From contig CM102286.1 in the NCBI GenBank assembly GCA_046563655.1, forward strand, positions 10,292,001 through 10,356,000: 64,000 nucleotides of DNA. The letters run 5' to 3'. The translations under genes and the position numbers were made by a program. The notes below the pieces were generated by a model. It was not told the DNA's origin and searched no databases. It saw only the letters and a list, made by a program, of their open reading frames with translations. How positions within the stretch are numbered: the stretch's first letter is position 1; each line of letters begins with the position of its first letter. Shown piece by piece: positions 53,301 to 64,000 of the stretch. This DNA comes from Yuukianura sp. NJ FZ-2021. Lineage: Eukaryota.

Positions 53301-53678
53301 TAAAATTTTCGAATTTGCCACACTCACTTCTTTCGCTCGGTACATAAAGTTTACTATATAAACTTTAAAAAAAAAGAAAGCTTACGAGGTTTGCCGTCGG
53401 ATGCTCAATTTGAATTTGAGCGTGGGACCTGCTTACTGAAGTATCATTTTCAAAACATATGTCTGCTCCTTTCCTACCAACTGTGTACACTCGTCCAGCT
53501 TGTAGCACAATCACATCTAGGAATTAAACATAAGTAACATTAGTATAACTGAATAATTCCCACTAGTTCTATATTTCTAACATAAAACAGACTAAATAGT
53601 ATTAGCTTCGCTTCAACCAAAATTACCTTTATCCGGCTCAGCCTTCTTATGACTTCCAAGTCGGACCAATTTCAACAT
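50372..53678 (-). CDS. NBN: Nibrin (NBS1), 7 exons, ~748 aa
   Basis: Exons 53678-53627, 53516-53386, 52964-52798, 52705-52173, 52092-51774, 51519-50901 and 50797-50372 are phase-consistent (2247 nt). FHA (VGRK..DTSVSRSHA..SKFGS), tandem BRCT (EIGLAV), MRE11-binding NFKRFRK and C-terminal DDFSFE. Confidence 0.93.
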
Positions 53679-53741
53679 GAGTAACAGCGGACGATGATCG
53701 TCCAAGGTCCAAGTGAGGTAATTTATGTAACCTGTCCGGTT

Positions 53742-53749
53742 TATCGATA
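53742..53749. promoter_or_regulatory. DRE-like element TATCGATA upstream of nibrin
   Basis: Exact DREF-binding palindrome ~64 bp upstream of the ATG. DRE is typical of replication/repair gene promoters in Drosophila; function here is inferred. Confidence 0.45.
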
Positions 53750-55332
53750 AACTAAAAACTGCTTTTGTTGTTCTTAGTACTTACAACTGGACGTGAGAAG
53801 AGATCAAGCGAAGGGACTTGGGTCTCTGGGGACAACGAGTTTTAGCACCTCCCTAACCGGCGGAATTGCGGAAACCGCAGAAAAGTCGCATTTGAATTTA
53901 AGTTTTGATCGGCCATGTCTACAGTTGTTTATGTAATTACCTATTATAATTCAATGAGAAATAGTTTTAATGTGTGTACGGGAAAAGAAAACATAATAAA
54001 GCCTGAATTTAAAACATAACATGGCGTATGTAACGAAGCTTGCTTATTTAAATTTGCTTGCTAACATTGAATTTTGTCGACAGCTACATGCATCCACGAT
54101 GCATGCAATGCAATGGGGCCGATCATGTCCGTGCAACCAACTAACGATTTCACACATTGAAACAATTTCCAATTGACAAAATTGACAGTTGACTGAATTC
54201 TAGTGTTGTCTAGAATTCTATGACACAAATCAGTTGATACAATTGAATTAACACTGTGGCGTGTTCCACATTAAAGTATCGCTTCGCAGGATGTTTTTTT
54301 TTTTATTAGGTATTCACGGCGGACATATTCTGGAGTAGCAACTATTAATTACCCCATAATTCCAACTTAAGGTAGTAATTTAGCGTGCTTGATTCTTGAC
54401 ATTAGCTATATTATTACAAAGATTATAATAATTAATAAAAGAATTATAGCTCCTCTTCACGAGTGCTTGAATTTCACTTTACGCACTAATCGTAAGTTAA
54501 GTGAAGAATTTGCAACATTTCCTTTCACGGAAGAAATAAGTCAGAGTAGTTTACTGACCTTCCATATTTATTGAATCACTTCTAGCCACTTATAAAAAGA
54601 AAATGTAAAATTCATTTAACAAAAACAACTAAGGAAAACAACAATAGTAATTTTGATTTCATTGTACGTCCAGACCCAGGCCAGACTCACCGCGTTACCG
54701 AATACTCCTTGCCCGAACAGATTTAACTTGATCGATCAACCTAGCCTATCCCGATTCCTAACACGCGAAGCGCACATTCTTTCTTTTGTATCACAAAATT
54801 CAACGCTTCTGCGTTGGAAATTCTAAAATTAATCAACAGCCATTAGGGCTTAACATAACCTAAATGTCAATTAAAATTTACAGAGCGCAGTTTACGCCTA
54901 CCGAATTGGACGAAATTATATGACTAAAACCATTGAAGTAAATTCTGTACGCATGGGTTCCCTTTCCATAATTTGTAAGAAATCTTTCCGAACTGCATCC
55001 GAATCCGAATACTGATACAACCTTGACACAAGATCAACATGATGCCCAAGGAAACTGTAGACCTAAGTAGCATATAACGATTTACATGTGACAAGATGCT
55101 AAAAACTGCTAACTACTTCCTCTTTCGCAAACTTGTGTTGTTACAGAAATATGCTGCTACGAGTCTTAAAAACAACATAGTAAGTAGTAATAGTAGCGTT
55201 AAACTACTTTTCTAAAACCAATGTTTAACAAATTCACTAACCACAACCTACTAAGAAGACAGGGCATCCGACAACGGTAGAGTAAATGTAAACTACCTTA
55301 TTCCAATTGACACAACGAATTGAAGTTTTGCA

Positions 55333-58300
55333 TTAGTAATTAGATTTGTCTTCGTTCTGAACAGTTCGCATTTGTTTCTCCGTCGGTACATTCTGTTGTA
55401 TTTGTGTTTCTTCGATGAAAGGTTGATGACACCGTTGCAAACTTTCATTCGGATTGGGACAATTCTGCGTAACAGGATTCTTGGTTGAACCGACGTCAGA
55501 TTCATTCTCTCTTATTTCGGAGGATGAGATACTCTCGTCATCGCTGTCGCTCCCTGAAGAATCTTCGTTCTCTTCGTCGTCTTCATCCTCATCGTCCAGT
55601 GATATTTCAGCACCTTGGAATACAAACTGACGCGGATTCCAATTTAGGTAGGAACTCTCTATTCAAAAAAATACAGCTTATGAGTGAGCGAATTAATTTC
55701 TAAATGCTTAATATGAATTCCTGTAAGTGATCTTTACCCGGAAGCCTTCCGGAAATACTCTCGTTTCCTTTTCTTTCCCAACAAGCTTTTAGAGCTGGTA
55801 TGTCGTTCTCGGACGTCGGTTCCAAACCCGTATCAAGCTTCGGCAGTTTGTCTAGCTCTTGGAGCTCAACGCTGGAAGCAAAGTTGGTAAACTCTGGTCC
55901 CAAATTCCGACATAAGTGTGCAATAATCTCATCGCAATTTCCCAATAGCTCGATGTCGAATCGACAATGTGAAAGGGATTCACGATTGATAAGGATTTGC
56001 GGTACTTCGGGTGGCAGCATCGCTAGAATTGTAAACAAAAAAAAAATCATCCCTGTACCGCGAAACGAAAGCAATCGCTAGTACTGAAAGGCAAAACAAG
56101 AAAATGAAACTTACAAGGAATTGAAGAAACCGGTCTAACTCGGAGGGAAGATCCAATTACAAGTAAAAGGTCACATTCGGGTTTATCTAGCTCCAAGTTT
56201 TCATGAAATGCGTCCGGTAAATCTTCTCCGAAGAAAACTATGTCTGGTTTGAGCACGGGTGGCAAATGGTGGATTCCCGAAGAAAGCGACCAAGTATTCT
56301 CTTCCTCTTCTTGTTCAATGGCTGATCGATGTGAAGTGCTGTGACCTGGATGTTGCGGAGCAAGAGGAAAAGTGATTCGGCTGATTTCTTCTGTCGTAGA
56401 ACAGTTGGAACAGAATGGAACTTCACCCTTCAAAACTTTGTGTTTGATTGCCTCGGCATCTACCCTAAACTTGCATCGAATGCAAGTAGCTGTGGCGAAG
56501 GACCCTTCAAAAAGATAAGCAATAATATTATGGTCATAATCTATATTCGCTACTAACAGTTTGAGAATGCTGCTAACAAGTATTCTTACCAGGGTTTAAA
56601 AAAAAACATGTTCAAAATTAAAAAAAACAAAACACGTGTTTTTTTTGTTTAAAACATGTTTTTTTTTGTTTAAAATGTTTTTTTTTAATTTCTTTAGTTT
56701 ACGATTGACCAGAACGCGCGCAAGCCCAAATTAGTCGAAAAGTGCCCGTTTTATGACACGGAATGAGTATAAGAATGTCGTTAACGAAAAGACTTGTGTC
56801 TATTAACACAATGTCAAACGTTTTTGGTTTTGTAATTCCGATAAAAGCCACCCCAAACCCGTTTTCGGTAACATTTTCTGGGCATTTTCCGAATTTTTAG
56901 GGCATTTTTTCATTTCGTTTTAAATCAAATATTTGCCCTTGTTTTAAACAAGTGTTTTAAACATGTTTTAAACACCAATTAAAAACATTTGATTTAAAAC
57001 AACTTTACCCTGATTCTTACCATGACACATTGTGACTCGCTTTATTCCAGCAATGTTTTCCAATGTGTCTATATTTTGTGAATAGTTTCGTAGAAGTTGT
57101 CCGCGGGACTCAAGCCTTTGAATGAATTTGTGAGAGAGCGAAGGTTCAAACTGTCCCGGGTAAAGTTCCTTGGCTGTTAGGAAGAACGGTCGTGGATCTC
57201 GCCGAAAGAGCCGGATATCAAACACACTTTGCGGATCGGGAAGGTTCGGGAACACCTTCGACACTCTTGCGTATAGCCCATCCTTTGATCGAAAGTCCGG
57301 AATGCCACAGGACACAGATATTCCGGCGCCAGTCAGAATCAAAATCTTCTTGGAGCATCTAAATTATAAAACAGAATAAAAACTCAAAATTACAGACAAC
57401 CAACCTAACCTCAAACCAGGAAGGTAGAATTATTATATTGTTATATTGAACCTATGAACCTAGATAGAATTATTATATTGAACCTATGTTATTGTTATAC
57501 ATTAAGTTCCGATTTTAGAATTTAGAGTAGCTATATTTTACCGTAACAAACGGATAACGTCGGTTAGGTGAGTAACGTGTCGTAGCCTTTGTCGTGGAGG
57601 AGCAAATTCCGGTCCGGAAAGAAGTAATTGAAAAAAATGTTGAAGCTGGCTATCATTTGGATTTTGTTGTAATTGTGCTAGGAATCGCTGCATTATATTA
57701 GTTCTGGAAGGGTTTCCTGCAAATTCCTTGTGATGCAGAATGAGACTGTCCCAGTTTTCTGAATTTACATCCGCTGAAGATGTGAATTCGTCAAGCGGTC
57801 CACTATTAGATGGTTCTTGAGACCCACTAAAGTTGGTAGAATTCGGAGACAGGGTACTGCTACAGCACGGATCCGACGGAACGCTGCTAACACTACTGCA
57901 ATTTGTAAGTCCAATGTCCGAGTTTCTATCTTCAACGTCTAGTTCATCCTCGTCTCCGATAACGAGTGGCTCGGAGTTGGTATTCAGCCCTAGAAAGAAC
58001 AAAAAAAAAATACAAATACATATGACTTATAACATAATAGTTTCAGTAACCTATGCAAAATTATTTTAAAGTTAGGTACAATGAAATGTTACCAAAACTA
58101 TAAACTTTGAAATTATGAAATATAAAATGCATGTCTGTAAGCGGTAAATTTCAGCACCACCTATGATGTACTGCTCACACCGAAATGACCAACGTCATCG
58201 ACAGACAAGTTTTCCGTTTGGAGCGGGTGCCACCACCCTCTTGTATGCTTTTAGCCAATAGGAGAAGAGTACGTAAGAGAGTGACTCACCGAGAGAGAAG

Positions 58301-58518
58301 AAGGGAGACACCTCCAAATCGCCATCTTCGTCTCCTACCTTAGGACAGGTCGAGAGGTCACCGAATCCCGAGTCACCGACAATTGAAGGATCTTCGGATG
58401 AGAGACGAATGCAGCGCTTCTTCCTCGCTGGTTCGTGGAGGTCATAGGTCAAAGAGCGGAGTGACTGGTGGGCTACTGCTGTTACTGTGTGGCTGGGAGA
58501 CGAGAGACGGTCGTCCAT
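55333..58518 (-). CDS. SIRT1: NAD-dependent protein deacetylase sirtuin-1, 6 exons, ~671 aa
   Basis: Exons 58518-58290, 57989-57542, 57358-57021, 56504-56115, 56022-55738 and 55658-55333 are phase-consistent (2016 nt). GAGISVSCGIPDFRS, QNIDTLE, CHGSF, Zn cysteines, KPDIVFFGE, GSSL and the SIRT1 C-terminal segment (SYLNWNPRQFVFQGAEI). Confidence 0.95.
56590..57012. mobile_element. hAT-type MITE in SIRT1 intron 3
   Basis: CAGGGT / ACCCTG termini, 8-bp TSD ATTCTTAC (56582-56589, 57013-57020), AAACATGTTT subterminal repeats. Confidence 0.85.
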
Positions 58519-61111
58519 GTTTGGAAGAGGACGAGGAGAGAGAGGTGAGGAGTGAGGGTTCGGAGCTGTGCTGACTCGGTGTTGTGTATGTACGTTACGA
58601 GAGTTCGTAGACAGAGGGACAAACACCCAGTCAGATGCCTCCTGCCTCTGCTCGGACCAAGTGACTAAAAACCCAACTCAAACAACGAGGAGCGCACAAT
58701 AATGTGAACGAACCCACCACCCCACCCTCTCCATGCCTCACTTCCAAAAAACCCGTCTAGTCAGTCCCTTGTACGCGCATGGGTCTTTAACCTTTCCGAG
58801 TCAGGGCCGGAACTAACCCGGTGTATTTCTCGTTTTGTTTATCCTCCACCCTGACAGGCTACTCATAATTAAAGTATCAAAATAATTTCTCCACCGTAAA
58901 TTATTTAATTGACATTATGATTAGTGAAAATTTCGGGTAAGGAGATTTGGTTTAGTTTAGTATTCTAAGATGATGTTAATTAAAATTGAATTTACGTACT
59001 ACTAATTAAAGTCAAATAATAATAGGCCATTCGATTTCACAGAATATCTGGACAACTCTGATACTAAATTCATTTTCTTTAAATCATTAACTTGGGCACC
59101 ACCCGTATATGTTGTAGTGAAGGCTTTCGTATTATTTAGTTCAGAAACTAATTCCATAGATTTTATCAACGTATCGAGCTCAATTTTACCGATAAAAAAC
59201 AAGGAACACTCGGGTTTTTAAATTTTTAAAGTTACGAAAAAAAAATCGTACAGTTATTTTTAATTTATAGTAGGTATATTAGTTAAATATAATTTTTCGG
59301 AAAGAGTTATATTTATATAGTAAATCTATATACTTCTTGGCGTCGTCAAACGATTGAGTTTTTTGCTACCTATAATACTTTGCTTGGCTACTTTTATTAG
59401 TGTGCCGGCCCTGAGCACTATTAGACGGGGCGGGGATATTCCATTCCCAGTGGAAAACTTCAGTTCTGCTCACGAATTTTCGAATTACGGAGGGCAAGTT
59501 GAGTAGCAGTTTCCCACTTTTGAAGTTTGTACATTTCCGATGGAATATGTCAGTTCCGATGGAGTCGAGTCTCGAGTGACGTCAGTGTCAACCTTCTCTT
59601 TTCGCCCAAGTGATTTGTACGCCCTGTACTTAATGTTATAAAACATCAATGTATAGTAGTCTTTGATAAAACTGGTTGGTAGGGTTCGAGAGAGACTCGG
59701 GATACTCGGAAATGAGATGTTCAATGTTCATGCTATCCTCCTCTACGTAAAAGTCTCGTAAAACTTCAGCAGAAAGTAAAAGTACTCAAATACTGCACCG
59801 TGGTCATGTTAGTAAAATGCTAGAGTGAATCTATGAAATCATGAAACAGTGTATCAGAGTAGAATTGATTAATAGCACCTTACTTAATTAAGTACATACA
59901 ATGCATTTATAACATCGCCTCTGTTGTTGGATATGGCCACCATAAAGAAAAGTCATTCCATGATAAAATTGTCTTCCGCGTCGGAAGTTCCGACTCGGAA
60001 CTCGGAAGACGCGTCGCAAGTTCCGACAAGCTTCAGTTTCGAATCGAAACTTTCGCTTCGACTATACACTATACCAGCAGAGGAATCGCCACCGCGATGA
60101 TGAAAAGAATACCAAAGCCGATGAGGAAGGTACACGGGTAGACCGTGTACCTTGTGCTTGTACTTTCATAACATAAATTTATGTTTCTTGTGCAATCACG
60201 AAACATGTCAACCTCCATGAAACGAACAATATTAGTCGGTTCGATAGTTTGCATTTACCTAGTTTTTTATACCAGCAATAGTTAAAACAAAAACGGAAAA
60301 ACCTCAGATGGCGTTGCTGTTTCACATTGATTCAGCATAATCCAATCACTTCCATACTCTCAAGTGAGCGCACGCGCGTTTCTTCCATTTCTGACGAAAA
60401 GTCATGCTCGATGCTCCTCTCATTCTCTCTTATTTGCCCACCACCGAGTCCAATTCCGAATCTAAGTACTAAAAGCAGGGAAATTAATTGTGATTTACTT
60501 ACAAACATGTTGTTCTGTTAGAACGTTTAGAATCTGACGTGGGAGTCGCACGGTGGGAGGGGACTAGGTAATAAGGGATTTTTATTCCGGTTGTATTACG
60601 ATATGTTTTTTTGGTTGAAGTAAACGAGAGACATGATTGTCCCCACCCGTTCAAATTTTCGCGCTGCTTCCATTGTCCCCACCCAGCGTCCCCACCGGGT
60701 GGGTACATTTGTCCCCACCAAGTGGGGACAAAACTGTACCCACCAGCCTTACACCGACTCCCCCTAGCGGCTGAAGTGGAACTAGCGAATTCGAGCTGGC
60801 AACGTCGTACCGTTTCTCCATTGCCCCCACCCAGGGCACAGGTAATAAATATAGTGATACTAAGTCAGCAAAACCTACAGACAAAATCACTATTGTAGGA
60901 CAATCAGCGAAACCTAAAGACATAGTCACTATTGTATACTTAACCAAACCTAACGCCGCGCCTTCGGCGCGGAAACTGCCGGCGCGGAAATTGGACCAAG
61001 GAGTTTCGGGCTGAAACTACACAAAGTTTCTTTGCAGTTAGGTTTGGTAAAGCACGCAATAGTGATTACGTCTGTAGGTTTGGCTGACTAAAAGTCTCAC
61101 AATAGTGATTA

Positions 61112-62059
61112 CCGTATTTTCTCGCAGATAAGCCGCGGCTTATCTGTGAAATTTCAGAAAATTTGGAATGAGGGAATTTTTTTTTTTTTTGGAAATTCGT
61201 GAAAAAGCATTTTTAATAATGTCTGAAAGTGTTTTGAGGCCATCTAAGACTACACTAAACATATTAATCTAGTGCTAACTCATTAAATCCGTCGAACAGG
61301 TCTCCCAACATTTCATCATCGGAGTCTTCATCGATTTCCATTGGTGCTTGCTCCATTTCTAAGTCGGAATCTGAATCGTGATCAAATTCTTCTTCTTTTT
61401 CTGATTCGTTTTCTTCTCCGTAGCTGTGTAGTCCAGCCTTGTCGAATCCATTTTTGATGATGGGAACACTGATCTCTTTCCACGCCTTGACAATCCATTC
61501 ATCCCAGTAATTTCGGAGTTTGCTTTTGAACGATTTGTTAATGGACAGGTCAAGTGGTTGTAGAAACTTTGTTAATCCTCCAGGAATCACCGCCAGCTCA
61601 GTGTACCGTTGGACAACATTCTTCACTTCTGGTGTTAGATGTGCGGTACAGGCATCGTAAATGAGGAGCGTCTCTTCTTTTTTTGGTTTTTTGAAAAATG
61701 CCGAGGTTCGTCGATTGAAAACGTTCGTCATCCAGTCATCCATCACGTCTCCATTTATCCAACCCTTTTCTTTTGCACGAACCAGAATTCCGGACGGAAA
61801 GTCCTTTTTTGGAATCGTCTTTCTTTTAAAAATGACCATGGGAATTAATTTCTCCCCTTCAGCACTGACAGCCAGAACGACGGTAAAACTTTTCTTCTCA
61901 GATCCAGTGGTAACCAAAGTGACGTCTCTAATAATCTAATAATACGTCTAAAAGTGGTAATCAAAGTGAAAAACTCGAGTTTTTCCCGCTCTCATATCTA
62001 TATGTGGTTTTGAGACTGCGGCTTATGCGCGAGAGCGGCTTATCTGCGAGAAAATACGG
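61112..62059 (-). mobile_element. Internally deleted pogo-family transposon nested in 60613-62298
   Basis: Perfect TIRs CCGTATTTTCTCGCAGATAAGCCGC with TA on both sides. Confidence 0.9.
61264..61917 (-). pseudogene. Truncated pogo transposase (DDE_1 domain, DNA-binding region missing)
   Basis: TTGSEK..FTVVLAVSAEGEKLIPMVIFK..KGW..LLIYD..AH..IPGGLT..LQPLDLSINKSFK plus an acidic tail; no N-terminal HTH. Confidence 0.88.
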
Positions 62060-62684
62060 TACATGTGCCCTAGTACCTAGTGGGGTTTTCTGCATCTGGT
62101 TTTTTACATTGAAGCAACACTACAACGTTGCCAGCTCGAATTCGTTAGTTCGACACCAATCGTTAGGGGGAGTCGTTGCTTAAGGTTGGTGGGGACACAT
62201 TTGTCCCCACCAAGTGGGGACACTGGGTGGGGACAATGGAAGCAGCGCGAAAATTTGAACGGGTGGGGACAATCATGTCTCTCAAGTTTACTTCAACCGT
62301 TTTTTTCCTTTCAAATTGTAACAATTGCGTGAAATAAGTACAAAGTTGTGTGGTACTGTTGTTATTGAAGAGAACGAGAGTACAATCGGATAACGATCTC
62401 CCCTCATAGTCGACGAATTCCTGGCGACTTGCGGTGGTGAACTATATAATCTTGGATTTAGGATTTGGATCGGTTATAGTCCCGTTTTATGGAGGGATTC
62501 TGGTGGCTAAATTATTTTAAATTTTCGCGCGTTAAAAAACGTTTCGCGCATTAAAAACGACAGTTTCCGCCAATTAAAACAATGCGCGAAAACTCTTTTT
62601 AATTGGCGGAACGTTTATTGCAGAAAAAGTAAATTGCAGGAAAAAATCAATTGCAGTAACTCTATTGCAGTAAAAACTCGTTTT

Positions 62685-63040
62685 TTTACCATTTCAAAAT
62701 TTGTCTTTTACCATTTAAAATTTTGCCATTTACCATTTAAAGTTTTGTCATTTACCATTTAAAAGCTTGTTTTTTACCATTTAAAAATTTTGTTATTTAC
62801 CATTTAAACTTGTTTTTTACCATTTCAAACTTTTGTAATTTACCATTTAAAAACTTGTTTTTTACCATTTCAAAATTTTGTAATTTACCATTTCAGTTTT
62901 GTATTTTACCATTTCAAAATTTTGTAATTTACCATTTCAGTTTTGTATTTTGCCATTTCAAAATTTTGTAATTTACCATTTCAGTTCTGGATTTTACCAT
63001 TTCAACTCTTGTCTTTTACCATTTCAAAGTTTGTCATTTA
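62685..63040. repeat. ~20-22 bp minisatellite (TTTACCATTTCAAAATTTTG-type)
   Basis: About 16 tandem TTTACCATTT cores. Confidence 0.85.
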
Positions 63041-63897
63041 AAATCTTGTTTTTCGCCAATTGATTGCACTAAAAGTCCCATATGGCCTAGGTACCCGTGC
63101 GCAGATGGGCAAATAAATTATTCCTGATTTTAATCGTTTAAGTTATATTAAGTACATCATAAATATAAGAATAATTTACTAAAATTAATGCTCAATTTTT
63201 GAATTAATTAAGTTAATACTTAAGGCGCCTTAGTGTTATTAAAAACAATGCTGGACTGTTTAGCAGTTTGAACTTGGACAATTTTACATTGACAAGACAA
63301 GGAGGAAGGCATTAGCCGGTTGAAGTAAGGTTTAACAAGAGTAAGTGTAGACACTAATTGTAGCCGCATGCGGCTACGTTGCGTAGCTACAATGGCTATG
63401 TTTCTGTGGCAACATTAATAGGTAAGTGTGGGAAAATTTGCCTTGTCGTCGCTCTGTTCCACACGCGTATGCTAAAGTAAACTGGCAACATATTTTTCAA
63501 ATTCCCTTTAATTAAGTGTGTAATATTTAATCCATTGAATTTGTTTTTCCTTTCCCGCGCCTTAGGCGCGATGTTAGTTACTAATCTTATCATAGTGCTT
63601 ACAGTTATTTGAAGTTGGAGTTCGTGAAATTACCCGTAGTCCCGGAATTCATGGGTGACTTGCTTGGGCGGCGACAGTTTCCGAATTCGATTCCCCCCCA
63701 CCTAAGGTGCGGTGTTAGGTAATAGGAATAGGGAAAGTGAATTCAATGAACGAAACAGTACAGGAAACACATCTATAGGGTAGGCTTCTATGGCGTTTCA
63801 TTCATTGAATTCCCTTTTCTTTTTCCACGACCAAGGCACGGTGTTAGGTTATTTTAGTTTGTCTCTTTTAGAAGAGTCACTTCAAATTGACCTTTAA

Positions 63898-64000
63898 TGC
63901 CCAGTTCGTCCATTGCAGGTTAAGTTTTAACGGAGTTTAAATATTTAACCGGAGATTAAAAAATTTAACTGGAGAAAATCGGCCGGTTAAATTTAACCGG
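63898..64000. mobile_element. Left end of a second Harbinger-type element, truncated by the window edge
   Basis: TAA + TGCCCAGTTCGTCCATTGCAGGTTAA, matching the TIR of 20872-22356. Confidence 0.85.

Larger units (their letters stand above)
60613..62298. mobile_element. Non-autonomous element with ~200-bp TIRs and 8-bp TSD (Merlin-like)
   Basis: GGTTGAAGTAAAC.. / ..GTTTACTTCAACC termini, GTCCCCACC repeats within the TIRs, TSD GTTTTTTT (60605-60612, 62299-62306). Superfamily inferred only from GG ends plus the 8-bp TSD. Confidence 0.8.

Noticed and set aside
58787..59425. Possible piggyBac-like MITE upstream of SIRT1
   Set aside because: Only a ~10-bp inverted match (TCAGGGCCGG); termini and TSD do not agree.
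59953..60470. Possible small membrane-protein gene (hydrophobic FLIGFGILFIIAVAIPLLV)
   Set aside because: Stops in neighbouring segments, no coherent exon chain and no recognisable family; it could be a decayed fragment but cannot be supported.

Overview
AT-rich eukaryotic DNA with short GT-AG introns, probably from an invertebrate (arthropod-like). It contains four recognisable minus-strand multi-exon genes: papilin (runs off the left edge), CCDC124, nibrin/NBS1 and SIRT1. Between CCDC124 and nibrin lies a ~35 kb repeat-dense island. It holds a Foldback/Mutator-type element with minisatellite arms, pogo, Harbinger and hAT non-autonomous elements, and DOMON, knickkopf/Skeletor-like and neprilysin gene fragments. 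It also holds three Helentron-type (HINE/DINE-1-like) elements and two abutting satellite arrays (~195 bp x ~74 and ~270 bp x ~31), both with higher-order structure. The most notable observation is that the 14.5 kb 195-bp array lies between two copies of the Helentron-type 3' terminus, so it may be cargo of, or generated by, a rolling-circle element. No CRISPR array, RNA gene or prokaryotic system is supported. All calls were made by eye without database searches.
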